Below are positions 13,213 to 23,517 of a DNA stretch of 50,246 nucleotides, piece after piece. Source of the stretch: Eggerthella sp. CAG:209. GTDB lineage: Bacteria; Actinomycetota; Coriobacteriia; Coriobacteriales; Eggerthellaceae. The stretch is taken from positions 18,367-68,612 of the forward strand of contig FR884640.1 of NCBI GenBank assembly GCA_000436075.1. The letters run 5' to 3'. Under the pieces are notes generated by a model. That model did not search any database. It saw nothing but the letters and a program-made list of their open reading frames with translations, and was not told the DNA's origin. A program made the translations under genes and the position numbers. Position 1 is the first letter of the stretch, and each line of letters begins with the position of its first letter.

Positions 13213-13308
13213 ATGTTTATTGTCTTTGAGTGAGCCCCTCTTTCACTTTGCTTTGGCTGGTTTTCATCATCGAATTCAGATTAGGTCTATAGGCTTGTTT
13301 TAGAAGAG

Positions 13309-13986
13309 GTGGTTTCTATGACGTTTCTGGATGACGTGGATAGCTTAAAAGCAAAAGTCGGAATCGGCAGTACTAGTCCACTTGTTCTGTTTGGCCTTTC
13401 TGCCGTGATTATTGCCGTGGTGCTATCGATTGGCTTTATGGCTTGGGGGAGTTTTACTTCATCTGGAATTGTGGTTGAGCATTCAGAGAAATCGACGCAA
13501 TCTCAAGAATATGAAAATCCATCTTCGCAGTTAATCTATGTTCATATTGCAGGCGAAGTTTCGAATCCTGGCATGTATGAGCTCAAACACGATGCTCGGG
13601 TGTCTGATGCGATCGATGCAGCTGGCGGACTAACCGAAAACGCCGATCAGTTATCGATTAATCTTGCTCGCCAGGTCACAGATGGCGAGCAGATCGTTGT
13701 GCAGGCCTATATCGAAGCCGAGCCAGGAAATTGCGAGTCGACCGGCGCTTCTGATAGCGGACTCCCTTCATCATCGAATACTGAGGTTTTGTCAAGCAAG
13801 GTAAATATCAACACTGCAAGTGCATCTGAATTGACTACTTTGGATGGAATAGGCGAGTCTACTGCCGCAAAGATTATTGCATATCGTCAGGCTAACGGTT
13901 CCTTTGCCTCAATTGAGGATATTAAAAAGGTGTCAGGTATTGGCGATAGGAAATACGAAGCAATTAAAGATCGTATTACGGTTTAA
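13309..13986 (+). CDS. comEA: competence DNA-binding protein ComEA
   Basis: N-terminal TM, SLBB domain (VHIAGEVSNPGMY), C-terminal HhH (VNINTAS..GIGESTAAKII..GIG); start could be ATG 13318. Confidence 0.92.
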   Translation: MVSMTFLDDVDSLKAKVGIGSTSPLVLFGLSAVIIAVVLSIGFMAWGSFTSSGIVVEHSEKSTQSQEYENPSSQLIYVHIAGEVSNPGMYELKHDARVSDAIDAAGGLTENADQLSINLARQVTDGEQIVVQAYIEAEPGNCESTGASDSGLPSSSNTEVLSSKVNINTASASELTTLDGIGESTAAKIIAYRQANGSFASIEDIKKVSGIGDRKYEAIKDRITV

Positions 13987-13988
13987 CT

Positions 13989-16346
13989 ATGGTTCTGTCG
14001 CATGAACGTCCATTTCCACGTCCTGCGATTCCTTTGTTGCTTCAATGCGGTGTGGTGTTCTGGCTTGGTTGTTTGCTGTCTTGGTTACTGGATTACGATG
14101 TCGCTCTCAGCGCAGGGCTAAGCTTGGTATCGCTGGCCTTTCTTTTTGCGACATATCGTATTTCCTGCAACGGTAGGAGCGGTTTCAGGCTTTTGCTTGC
14201 TTGGGCGCTTTTCTTCTTTCTAGGTGCAACTCTGATGTCCGTTTCAATTAACGGGCTTCACCATAAAAGGGAGGTGTTAGCTGGTTCGGATGGAGCGATA
14301 TTTGCCGTTCGAATCCTTGAAGATCCCACAAGAGGGTCTTTTGGCTATTCGGTTCCCGCATTGATTGTTGAACCAAATTCGGATTTCATTCGAAAACAGC
14401 TTTACTCGTACAAGGTTATGCTGAACTATGAAAGTGGATCTTTTGAATACGGTGATGAATTCCTTGCAAAGGTGGATATCTCCTCGATTGACGAGCATTA
14501 TCTAGATTGCTTCGATAAGAAGGGGATTGTTGCTCGCTGCAGTGTTTCTGATTTGCGCCCTGTGCATTCTTCTCAGTTTGGGCAGCTTTCTGAATTAAGA
14601 CTAAACTTTGCTTCTTCGGTAAGTGAATGTCTTGATTTTGATACCGTTAACCACGATGCTGTTGCGCTAATTAAAGCATTGGTCGTTGGAAACCGTCAGG
14701 AATTGTTTGAGAGCGATTTCTATAATCAAGTTAAGACTGTTGGACTTGCTCATCTTGTTGCGGTTTCGGGCGCTCATCTGGTCATCGTAATGGGATTAAT
14801 TTCTTCTTGCATGCGAGCAATCAGGCTGCCTCGATATCTTTCGGTTATTATTCAGCTAGGTTTCTTGTTTGCGTATTTGATAATGGTTGGACTACCTGTT
14901 TCCTGTGTCAGGGCAGCTGTCATGGCTGGCGCAGGATTGCTTTCATTTGCATCGCATAAGCGTTCTTATGCTCTTTCTTCGCTTGGTGCCGCGATTATTT
15001 TATTATTGGTATTAGACCCAAGTGCTTCAACTTCGGTTTCATTTGGACTGTCTGCTCTTTCGACTTTGGGCATAGTATTATTTTCACCGCTATTATGCAG
15101 CTGGATTCCTGATGTTGGTAAGCGCGTAAAATCTTATGTTGCAGAGCCATTTGTAATGACCCTCTCTGCTTTGCTCTTTACGTTCCCTTTGAGCATGTCG
15201 TCCTTTTCCCAGTTCGCGATCATATCTCCGATTAGCAATATTGTTGCTGTTCCTTTTGTAACCGTTGTCTGCTCTGTAGGGGTATTGTCATTTCTCGTTC
15301 TTCCAATCGCTCCTGTTTTTCACTTGCTTATACAGATTACGTATTTCTTTGCCGAAGCGTTGGTTCGCGTAATTGATGCTCTTTCGTCAGTTCCCCTCGT
15401 TGCGTTGCCTGTCGACGCTTCAATAGAATGGTTGACGCTGTTGTCTGTTCTGATTTGCATTGTTCTCTGGCTGGCGTGGCCTAGAGCTTTTCCGACAAGG
15501 GCAATTGTCTCGATATGTGTAGCATTACTGCTCTGTATCATGCCTATGAGGATGCTCGATGCGAATAGCACTTCAATTGTGATGCTGGATGTGGGGCAGG
15601 GCGATTCCTTTTTAGTTAAAAGTAGGGGATTAACTTTGCTTATAGACACCGGCAATAACCCTAGGAAGTTACTTGCAGGCCTGGCCCGACACGGGGTGAA
15701 CCGTCTTGATGGGGTAGTGATAAGCCATGCGGACGACGATCATTGTGGTTGTCTTGCTGATTTGCGTGGGGTGGTGCCTGTCGATTCGGTCTTTGTTGCA
15801 AAGGGATTAAGTTCTGTGGGCACAGACAAAGTCGACGATATGCTCAAAGACGCAGAAAGGCTCTCTAGCACATCTGGTATCCGTGAATTGGCGGCAGGTG
15901 ACATGATCACTATTGGATCGGTGTGCTTCAAGGTGATTAGTCCTGAAGATCTTACCGATAAGGGAGAAAATGACGATAGCATCTGCTTGATAGCGACAAC
16001 TGACCTTAACGATGACGGGATGGGCGAGTGGCGTGCTCTATTTACGGGAGATGCAGAGTCGGAAGTGCTGGATTCGCTTAATAGAGAAGGGGCATTAGAA
16101 GACATAGATATTCTCAAAGTGGGTCATCATGGGGCGAAGTCCGCGCTCGACGAAGAGTTAATGGATGTGCTAAAGCCAGAAATAGCCCTGATTAGTGTTG
16201 GTGAGCGAAATCGTTATGGGCATCCGGCCGCAAACACCGTTTCCTTGCTTGAGTCTAGTGATGTTGAGGTATTTCGTACTGATCTTCAGGGGGATGTGGT
16301 GTGTAGTTTGAGCCAAACCAGCATCTCTATTCACACTATGAAGTAA
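13989..16346 (+). CDS. comEC: DNA uptake channel ComEC/Rec2
   Basis: Multi-TM, GLAHLVAVSGAH, LDVGQGDS, SHADDDHCG and LKVGHHG metallo-beta-lactamase motifs, NRYGHP. Confidence 0.94.
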   Translation: MVLSHERPFPRPAIPLLLQCGVVFWLGCLLSWLLDYDVALSAGLSLVSLAFLFATYRISCNGRSGFRLLLAWALFFFLGATLMSVSINGLHHKREVLAGSDGAIFAVRILEDPTRGSFGYSVPALIVEPNSDFIRKQLYSYKVMLNYESGSFEYGDEFLAKVDISSIDEHYLDCFDKKGIVARCSVSDLRPVHSSQFGQLSELRLNFASSVSECLDFDTVNHDAVALIKALVVGNRQELFESDFYNQVKTVGLAHLVAVSGAHLVIVMGLISSCMRAIRLPRYLSVIIQLGFLFAYLIMVGLPVSCVRAAVMAGAGLLSFASHKRSYALSSLGAAIILLLVLDPSASTSVSFGLSALSTLGIVLFSPLLCSWIPDVGKRVKSYVAEPFVMTLSALLFTFPLSMSSFSQFAIISPISNIVAVPFVTVVCSVGVLSFLVLPIAPVFHLLIQITYFFAEALVRVIDALSSVPLVALPVDASIEWLTLLSVLICIVLWLAWPRAFPTRAIVSICVALLLCIMPMRMLDANSTSIVMLDVGQGDSFLVKSRGLTLLIDTGNNPRKLLAGLARHGVNRLDGVVISHADDDHCGCLADLRGVVPVDSVFVAKGLSSVGTDKVDDMLKDAERLSSTSGIRELAAGDMITIGSVCFKVISPEDLTDKGENDDSICLIATTDLNDDGMGEWRALFTGDAESEVLDSLNREGALEDIDILKVGHHGAKSALDEELMDVLKPEIALISVGERNRYGHPAANTVSLLESSDVEVFRTDLQGDVVCSLSQTSISIHTMK

Positions 16347-16355
16347 ACTGCGTCT

Positions 16356-17333
16356 ATGGCTATTCAATCAAAACAATCTAGTCTTTTGCCGGTGTATCTC
16401 ATCGCTGGTGAAGATGAGCTTAAGCGCGAAACAGTTATGAAGCGCTTGTTTGCCCGTTTATCGAAAATGGGCGATATGTCTTTTAATTCTGAAACTTTTT
16501 CTGGTCTTACATGTACCGGCGATGAAGTTATTACTGCAGCTAATACGCTTCCTTTTGCCAGCGAGGTGCGTCTCGTGCTGGTTAATGATGTGGATAAGCT
16601 TAAAAAGGCTGATTCAGAGCTTCTTATTGCATATTTGAAGGAGCCGTGTGAAACTACCGTTCTAGCGTTAGAGGGGCAGAAGGTTGCAAAAAACACCCGA
16701 CTATATAAGGCTGTTTCGGCGTTTGGGAGTAAAGCGATAATCGATTGCGCTCCTTTTGCACGTAAGGATCTTGGTAATGCTGTTCGGTCTATTGCGGTTG
16801 GTCACGGAATAACGCTTACGCAAGGTGCCGCCGCAACACTTATCGATTTAGCTGGCACAAACACTGTTGCTCTTGATGCGGAACTTAAGAAGCTTTCCCT
16901 TTCTCACAGAGGCACTGATCCTGTAAACGAGAATGAGGTTTTGTCGCTTGTTTCTCGTACTGCTGAGATCAAGCCATGGGAATTTGTGGATGCATTTGCC
17001 AGCCGCAACGGAAAACGATGCATCTATTTAATGAACCGCATGGATGTGTCGCCGTTTGCATTACTTGCCATGTGCACTACGCGCATTCGCGAGCTTATCA
17101 CCGTTAAGGCGCTCTCTGAGCGTGGCCAGAAGGCGCTTTGCTCTAAGGTGCTTAAGATGCCCGATTGGCGTCTTAAGAGCCATTATTCATGTGCCCGTGG
17201 TTTCACTATGGATGAGTTGATCTGCGCTCTTTCCTCTGCGCGCGATGTAGAGCAGGAGATGAAAAGCGGATCGGACCAGATGCAATCATTTATTTCATGG
17301 TTCCTTGGGGTCTGCAAAAAAGGATCATTGTAG
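16356..17333 (+). CDS. holA: DNA polymerase III delta subunit
   Basis: PVYLIAGEDE, ANTLPFASEVRLV, ELKKL; conserved comEC-holA-rpsT synteny. Confidence 0.9.
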   Translation: MAIQSKQSSLLPVYLIAGEDELKRETVMKRLFARLSKMGDMSFNSETFSGLTCTGDEVITAANTLPFASEVRLVLVNDVDKLKKADSELLIAYLKEPCETTVLALEGQKVAKNTRLYKAVSAFGSKAIIDCAPFARKDLGNAVRSIAVGHGITLTQGAAATLIDLAGTNTVALDAELKKLSLSHRGTDPVNENEVLSLVSRTAEIKPWEFVDAFASRNGKRCIYLMNRMDVSPFALLAMCTTRIRELITVKALSERGQKALCSKVLKMPDWRLKSHYSCARGFTMDELICALSSARDVEQEMKSGSDQMQSFISWFLGVCKKGSL

Positions 17334-17451
17334 GTCTCGTTTCTCCAAGGAGCGTTTGATTTACTCATTCATACAAGGCAGGGTGTTATGTAATCGATTT
17401 GATTTCTCTGGTTTTTGGTTGGATGACGTTTTTAGGCAATATCTTGACAAC

Positions 17452-17484
17452 AAAAAGAGCCCGCTGAATAGCAGGCTCTTTTTT
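17452..17484. terminator. bidirectional terminator between holA and rpsT
   Basis: AAAAAGAGCC ... GGCTCTTTTTT hairpin with an A-run and a T-run between convergent genes. Confidence 0.85.
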
Positions 17485-17530
17485 CTTGATATGCGAATGG
17501 GATCCGAGCGGATTCCAAGAAACGCTGATG

Positions 17531-18025
17531 TTATTCAGCAGCCTCTTCGGCCTCTTCTGCCTCTGCGGCAGCAGCAGCTTCAGCAGCCTTTTTGTCGGCG
17601 GCAGCCTTTTCGGCCTTCAGGGTTGCCTCGCGGCGCTTAGCCTTTTCAGCAGATGCGGCAGCCATGGCTTCCTTGCGGGCAGCCTTAGCAGCAGCCTTCT
17701 TGTTGCCGTTGGAAGGAGCAACCTTCTTTTCAGCGGGCTTGTATGCTGCGATGTCTTCAGCAGTAACAACCGTGTTAGCAAGCTTCATAACGCCGCTCTT
17801 ACGATTTGCAGCCTGGCGCTTATGGATAATGCCCTTGGATGCAGCCTTGTCGAGCAGACGGCATGCCTTAAGAGCTGCCGCATAAGCCGTAGCACCGTCC
17901 TTGGCCTCTACGGCCTCACGGACAACGCGGATGGCGGTCTTAAGCTCAGAACGAACAGCGCGATTACGCATGCGTGCCTTTTCGTTGGTGATGATTCGCT
18001 TTTTCTGACTTTTAATGTTCGCCAC
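17531..18025 (-). CDS. rpsT: 30S ribosomal protein S20 with long Ala/Lys/Glu-rich C-terminal extension
   Basis: [44 protein letters not shown]; reverse-strand GGAGG upstream of a GTG start. Confidence 0.95.
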   Translation of the reverse strand: MANIKSQKKRIITNEKARMRNRAVRSELKTAIRVVREAVEAKDGATAYAAALKACRLLDKAASKGIIHKRQAANRKSGVMKLANTVVTAEDIAAYKPAEKKVAPSNGNKKAAAKAARKEAMAAASAEKAKRREATLKAEKAAADKKAAEAAAAAEAEEAEEAAE

Positions 18026-18238
18026 GTTTTATCCTCCGTATAAATATTTTTCTGTAGACGAAAACTCTAGGATCTTACCACAAGTTATAAATCATGCCCA
18101 GATAACAGTTGCTTTATTATTGCGAAGAAAGCTCCGCAATGCAACAGGTAGGGTAGAATCATTGCAATGCCGACATTTACGGCACTTCTTATTTTACGTG
18201 ATTACAGGCGCTTTATGCGCACGTTTGGTTAGGAAACT

Positions 18239-20044
18239 ATGGCACTCGATCCGCGCTTTATTCGAAATTTTTCCATTATTGCCCATATCGATCATGGCAA
18301 ATCTACGCTTTCCGACCGTATTCTTGAGATGACCGAGACGGTTTCAAAACGCGATATGAAAGAACAGGTGCTCGATTCGATGGACATCGAGCGCGAACGC
18401 GGTATCACCATCAAAAGTCAGGCGGTTCGTGTTGACTATCGCGCTGACGATGGTCAGCTTTACCATTTCAACCTTATTGACACCCCGGGTCATGTTGACT
18501 TCACGTACGAGGTCTCCCGCTCCCTTGCTGCTTGCGAGGGCGCAGTGCTTGTGGTGGACGCTACTCAGGGTATTGAAGCCCAGACAGTCGCAAATGCGAT
18601 GATGGCTATGAATGCGAACCTCGAAGTTGTTCCTCTTATCAATAAGATTGATCTTCCTGCGGCGGAACCCGAGCGCGTTCGTGCAGAAATCGAAGATGGA
18701 CTTGCTATTCCGGCGGACGATGCGGTGTTGGCCAGTGGTAAAACGGGAGTAGGTGTTCACGATTTGCTCGAGTCCATCGTGTATAACGTTCCTCATCCCG
18801 TAGGCGATCCCGATGCGCCTCTTTCCGCTTTAATCTTTGACTCGTATTTTGATGCATATCGTGGTGTTGTGGCTTTGGTCCGCATCATCGATGGCTCCAT
18901 GAAGAAGGGGCAAAACATTCGTATGATGGCAACTGATACCCGTGCATTGGTTGAAGAGGTTGGCGTTCGTCGCCCCACTGAAATTCCTTGCGATGAACTT
19001 GGTGTGGGCGAAGTCGGCTATTTGGTGACGGGCTTGAAGGACCCGTCAAAGGTAAAAGTTGGCGATACGGTCACTTTGGTTGATGGTGGTTGCGATGAGC
19101 CTCTTCCCGGCTATCGTGATGTCAAGCCTATGGTCTATACCGGTTTATTTCCTATTGAGGCCGATCAATACGAAGAGTTGAAGGATGCGTTGGCAAAGCT
19201 CTCCTTGAACGACCCCGCTCTCGTATATGAAGCAGAAAACAGCCATGCGCTTGGTTTCGGCTTTCGTGTGGGTTTTTTGGGATTGCTTCACATGGAAGTT
19301 GTGAAGGAGCGCCTGGAGCGCGAATTCGGGCTTGACCTTTTGGCTACGGCGCCGTCTGTTGAGTACCATGTCTTCAAGACGGATGGCGAGATGCTTTCCC
19401 TGCACTCGCCCCAAGATATGCCAGATGCAAGCGAGATTGACCATATCGAAGAACCTTACTTGAAGTCGAAGATTCTTATTCCGCCTGATTATGTTGGTGC
19501 GGTAATGGAGCTTACTGTTGCTCGCCGTGGCGAGTTCAAAACAATGAACTACTTGAATACCAACACGGTTGAAATGCTGTGGGAAATGCCTCTCTCCGAG
19601 CTCATCATGGACTATTTCGATCAGCTCAAGAGTCGCACTAAAGGCTATGCTTCGCTTGACTACGATTTTGATACCTACAAGCCTTCAAAATTGGTCAAGC
19701 TTGATATCCTTCTTTCCGGAAAACCTATTGATGCACTTTCGTTTATTGTCCATACCGACAAGGCTTACGATCGTGGTCGCATTCTTACGGAAAAGCTGAA
19801 TGAGATTATTCCCCGTCAAATGTTCGAAGTGCCTATCCAGGCAGCGGTTGGATCCCGTGTGCTTTCTCGTCAAACCGTTCGTGCGATGCGCAAGGACGTT
19901 TTAGCAAAGTGCTATGGCGGCGATATCTCGCGTAAGCGCAAGCTCCTCGAAAAGCAGAAGAAGGGCAAGAAGCGCATGAAGAACATCGGCAACGTCGAGG
20001 TTCCCCAGGAAGCATTCATGGCTATCCTCAAGGTCGACGAATAG
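18239..20044 (+). CDS. lepA: elongation factor 4 (LepA)
   Basis: [44 protein letters not shown]. Confidence 0.98.
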   Translation: MALDPRFIRNFSIIAHIDHGKSTLSDRILEMTETVSKRDMKEQVLDSMDIERERGITIKSQAVRVDYRADDGQLYHFNLIDTPGHVDFTYEVSRSLAACEGAVLVVDATQGIEAQTVANAMMAMNANLEVVPLINKIDLPAAEPERVRAEIEDGLAIPADDAVLASGKTGVGVHDLLESIVYNVPHPVGDPDAPLSALIFDSYFDAYRGVVALVRIIDGSMKKGQNIRMMATDTRALVEEVGVRRPTEIPCDELGVGEVGYLVTGLKDPSKVKVGDTVTLVDGGCDEPLPGYRDVKPMVYTGLFPIEADQYEELKDALAKLSLNDPALVYEAENSHALGFGFRVGFLGLLHMEVVKERLEREFGLDLLATAPSVEYHVFKTDGEMLSLHSPQDMPDASEIDHIEEPYLKSKILIPPDYVGAVMELTVARRGEFKTMNYLNTNTVEMLWEMPLSELIMDYFDQLKSRTKGYASLDYDFDTYKPSKLVKLDILLSGKPIDALSFIVHTDKAYDRGRILTEKLNEIIPRQMFEVPIQAAVGSRVLSRQTVRAMRKDVLAKCYGGDISRKRKLLEKQKKGKKRMKNIGNVEVPQEAFMAILKVDE

Positions 20045-20053
20045 GGGTGCAGC

Positions 20054-20257
20054 ATGGCTTTTGGTCGTAACAAAGAAGAATACGATTGGCTGAATGATCC
20101 TTTTGACGAGAAAAAGGCTGCTCGCGATCGCGAGCAGGCACGTATGTCTGGCGGCACCAAAGCTGCACTGGGCTGCGGCTGCTTGCTTGTCGTTATCGTT
20201 TTTATAGTAATGCTGATATTCGCTTTCGTTCAATTTGTCTCAATTGCTTCTGTGTAA
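20054..20257 (+). CDS. small hypothetical single-pass membrane protein
   Basis: 67 aa, fills the lepA-dusB gap with 9- and 8-bp spacers; GGGGTG SD-like; C-terminal hydrophobic helix. Confidence 0.75.
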   Translation: MAFGRNKEEYDWLNDPFDEKKAARDREQARMSGGTKAALGCGCLLVVIVFIVMLIFAFVQFVSIASV

Positions 20258-20265
20258 GGATTGGT

Positions 20266-21240
20266 ATGACAGATAATATGTTCACCGATCGCAGGGTAAT
20301 CCTTGCGCCTATGGCTGGCGTTGGCGACGAGGTGTTTCGCCAGCTGTGCATTGAACAGGGCGCTCAGCTTACCTATACGGAAATGGTTTCAGCTAAGGCG
20401 TTGAGCTATGCCAATGAAAAGACAGCCCATCTGCTCGATTTGGCTCCAAACGAAGATAAAGTCTCGGTTCAGCTTTTTGGGCATGAGCCCGCCACGATGG
20501 CCGAGCAGGCTAAATGGGTGGAAGATTCTCTCGGAAGCCGCTTGTTTGCCATAGACATCAATATGGGCTGTCCCGCCCGAAAGATTGCAGGTAAGGGCGA
20601 TGGATCCGCGTTGATGCGCGATCCTCTGCTTGCGTCACGAATCATCGGGGCGGTTTCAAATGCTATTAGTTGCCCCCTTACGGTCAAGTTCCGTCGCGGG
20701 TATGAAGAGGGCAATGAAACCGCTGTGGAATTTGCCCGCATGGCAGAAGAATCGGGTGCAGCTGCTATTGCGGTGCATGGTCGTTATGCCCAGCAGTTCT
20801 ATCGCGGTAAAGCCGATTGGGGCATTGTTGCCCGTGTTAAGCGGTCGGTGTCCATTCCTGTTATCGGAAATGGCGATGTGGTAGATGGCGATAGCGCCAT
20901 TGCCCTTCTAGGGGCAACTGGTTGCGACGCTATTATGGTAGGGCGAGGAGCTCAGGGGAATCCATGGGTCTTTCGCGACATTGCTTCAAAACTCGCTGGC
21001 GGTCCTGGCTATGCCGGCCCTACGCCTGCTGAAAAAATGGCCCTTGCAACTCGTCATGCTAAGTTGCTGTCCGAACGCTCCGGCAAGAATATCGTGCGTA
21101 TGCGTAAGCACGCCATGTGGTATGTGGCGGGGATGAAAGACGCTGCCGCAGTGCGTAGGCAGATCAACGATGCGGTAACTTACGATGACTTTGCTTCGAT
21201 TTTCGAAGAGGCTCGTCGTCATACCGAAGAAGAAGGGTAA
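20266..21240 (+). CDS. dusB: tRNA-dihydrouridine synthase B
   Basis: LAPMAG, TEMVSA, DINMGCP, VHGR, VIGNGD, GRGAQGNPW. Confidence 0.94.
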   Translation: MTDNMFTDRRVILAPMAGVGDEVFRQLCIEQGAQLTYTEMVSAKALSYANEKTAHLLDLAPNEDKVSVQLFGHEPATMAEQAKWVEDSLGSRLFAIDINMGCPARKIAGKGDGSALMRDPLLASRIIGAVSNAISCPLTVKFRRGYEEGNETAVEFARMAEESGAAAIAVHGRYAQQFYRGKADWGIVARVKRSVSIPVIGNGDVVDGDSAIALLGATGCDAIMVGRGAQGNPWVFRDIASKLAGGPGYAGPTPAEKMALATRHAKLLSERSGKNIVRMRKHAMWYVAGMKDAAAVRRQINDAVTYDDFASIFEEARRHTEEEG

Positions 21241-22355
21241 TGACGATGGATTGGGATCCGTACCGTGCCCTCTACGTGCACGTTCCTTTTTGTAAGCGCA
21301 GATGCGCTTATTGCGACTTCGCGACGTGCGCTGTCCCTCCAGATAGTCCGCAGCTCGACAGCTATGTTGAAGAGGTGATCGCCGCTATTCGCGGTGCCTC
21401 ACGCTCTGAGCAGCTTGGAGCTATTGAAACGGTGTATTTTGGCGGCGGAACGCCAACCTATTTAGGAAACAAACGCCTCTCCTCATTGCTATATACACTT
21501 TCGCTTTCTATGCATCTTACGCCCGATGTCGAATGCACCATCGAGGCTAATCCAGACAGCCTTAGCGAATCCATGGTGAAGGACATGTTCGCCTTGGGTG
21601 CAACCCGCATATCTATTGGTGTTCAGAGTTTCGATGACGGGCTTCTTTCGTTTCTGGGCCGCGTCCATTCATCCAGTCAGGCAAAGCGGGCTGTAGAGCT
21701 TGCTCAAATCCGGTTTGATAATGTTAGCATCGACCTTATGTGCGGTTTACCTGGTCAAACAGAAGAAGGGTTCCGAAAGGATTTGGAACTTGCTCTTCAG
21801 CTTGGCGTTAAACATGTGAGCGTATACCCTCTTATGGTCGAAGAGGGAACACCGCTCTTCTGGCGCGTAGAAAAAGGGATTGTTCACATCAATGAAGACC
21901 TGGGGGCTGATCTTATGCAGGTTGCCGCTGAGGTACTGGGTGATGCAGGTATGCATAGGTATGAAGTTGCTAGCTACGCATTTGACGGTTTCGAGTCGCG
22001 CCACAACACTGCTTACTGGACCGGAAAACCTTATCTTGGACTTGGTGAGGGCGCGGTTTCGATGCGTCAAAACGCTCTTGAGCGAGAACGTCTTAAGGAT
22101 GGTTCGGTGGTGGAATCTCTCGATCCTTTCGAAATGGCTGCTGAAGATCTGATGTTGGGGATGCGTATGAGCCGAGGAGTATCCGATTCGATGCTTGAAG
22201 ATGCGTCTTTGCTTCTTCCCGATGCTCCCCTTGCTTTTTGTGGTCTAGAATCTGATGGCCTGGTTGAGCATTGCGGCTCACGATGGATTCCTACTGAAAA
22301 AGGATGGTTGTTTGGCAACCTCTTATATGGAAGGCTCCTTGACCTTGCTCCGTAA
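21240..22355 (+). CDS. hemW: radical SAM heme chaperone HemW (HemN-like)
   Basis: LYVHVPFCKRRCAYCDF, YFGGGTPT, HNTAYW; upstream of hrcA. Confidence 0.88.
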   Translation: MTMDWDPYRALYVHVPFCKRRCAYCDFATCAVPPDSPQLDSYVEEVIAAIRGASRSEQLGAIETVYFGGGTPTYLGNKRLSSLLYTLSLSMHLTPDVECTIEANPDSLSESMVKDMFALGATRISIGVQSFDDGLLSFLGRVHSSSQAKRAVELAQIRFDNVSIDLMCGLPGQTEEGFRKDLELALQLGVKHVSVYPLMVEEGTPLFWRVEKGIVHINEDLGADLMQVAAEVLGDAGMHRYEVASYAFDGFESRHNTAYWTGKPYLGLGEGAVSMRQNALERERLKDGSVVESLDPFEMAAEDLMLGMRMSRGVSDSMLEDASLLLPDAPLAFCGLESDGLVEHCGSRWIPTEKGWLFGNLLYGRLLDLAP

Positions 22356-22421
22356 CGGTTGGGATACGCAGGTTGTTTCAGCATACATAGCGTGTGGGAA
22401 TGGCGTATCTTTAGGTTGTTG

Positions 22422-22448
22422 TTAGCACTCTAGTTGCTTCGCTGCTAA
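22422..22448 (+). promoter_or_regulatory. CIRCE operator (HrcA binding site)
   Basis: TTAGCACTC-N9-CGCTGCTAA versus consensus TTAGCACTC-N9-GAGTGCTAA, just upstream of hrcA. Confidence 0.8.
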
Positions 22449-22494
22449 AATGCTTTCACATTGGTGAGGAAAATCATTGCTAAGGAGGCAAGCG

Positions 22495-23493
22495 ATGCTA
22501 TCAGATAGGCGCCAGATTGTGCTTCGGGCGCTCATCGAAGAATACATTGCTCGTGCGCTTCCTGTAGGGTCGCGTACGCTAGTTGAGCGCTATAACCTGG
22601 GAATCAGCTCTGCTACGGTGCGAAATGAACTCTCGCTTCTTGAGGAAATGGGTTATCTGGCCCAGCCGCATACTTCTGCGGGACGTATTCCCACTGATTT
22701 CGGTTATCGGGCATTTGTCGATGAGCTTCTTTCTGAAAGCGATCCCGACAATGGGGAAGATGCCCTTGCTCGTGAGTTGCGCGAAAGCGCGAGTGATTTA
22801 GACGATCTAATGGATCGAACTTCTCAGGCGCTCGCTCGCTTTACCGATTGCATGACGCTTCTTGTGCCTCCGCGGATTCTTTCGGTGGATATTCGTTTGG
22901 TAAATCTGGTTTTGCTGACGCCTCAACGTTTATTAACCGTGATCGTTACCGAGGATGGTCAGGTTTTCGATAGGCAGATGGATCTGCCTCGTGACTACTC
23001 TCAAGACGAAATTGGCAAAACGCAAGAAGCACTCAACAACATTTTGGTCGGAACGTCTTTGTCTTCGACGTCGGGTGAACTGCCGCTTGGCGCTAGTGGG
23101 GTTCATGACGATTTGTTCAGAATGGTTATGGCTGAGATTTTGGCTTGCCTGAAAGATCAGAACGCCATAAAGGCCCACCCGTTGGGCATTTCCCATCTTC
23201 TGGGCAAACCTGAATTCAGTGATTCTTCTTGTCTTATGCCTGTCCTCGAAGAGCTCGAAGGTGATACGATGCTTCTTCGTGTGTTCAATGATGCGGCTGC
23301 CTCTGAAGAGCCCGTTGTCCGCATTGGGCACGAAAATGATTCCGAAGCGCTTTCGAGTGTTTCGCTCATTGCCAACCGTTTCGGCGAGGCTGAGCACAGC
23401 GGTCTTATATTGATCGTGGGTCCCACACGGATGGATTATTCGCAGGTACTCAAAGCTGTTCGCGCAGCCCGTAACGTTTTGAAAGATTTGTAA
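22495..23493 (+). CDS. hrcA: heat-inducible transcription repressor HrcA
   Basis: PVGSRTL, SSATVRNE, QPHTSAGRIPTDFGYR, GPTRMDY; ATG 22495 after AAGGAGG. Confidence 0.96.
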   Translation: MLSDRRQIVLRALIEEYIARALPVGSRTLVERYNLGISSATVRNELSLLEEMGYLAQPHTSAGRIPTDFGYRAFVDELLSESDPDNGEDALARELRESASDLDDLMDRTSQALARFTDCMTLLVPPRILSVDIRLVNLVLLTPQRLLTVIVTEDGQVFDRQMDLPRDYSQDEIGKTQEALNNILVGTSLSSTSGELPLGASGVHDDLFRMVMAEILACLKDQNAIKAHPLGISHLLGKPEFSDSSCLMPVLEELEGDTMLLRVFNDAAASEEPVVRIGHENDSEALSSVSLIANRFGEAEHSGLILIVGPTRMDYSQVLKAVRAARNVLKDL

Positions 23494-23517
23494 TCCCGAA
23501 AAGGAGATTCGCAACTT

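Noticed and set aside
17305..18043. Plus-strand ORFs 17305..17640, 17486..18043 and 17592..17885
   Set aside because: Antisense to rpsT, kept open by its low-complexity Ala codons
23494..23517. grpE-dnaK missing between hrcA and dnaJ
   Set aside because: hrcA-dnaJ-rsmE-phoH-ybeY without dnaK is the usual actinobacterial arrangement
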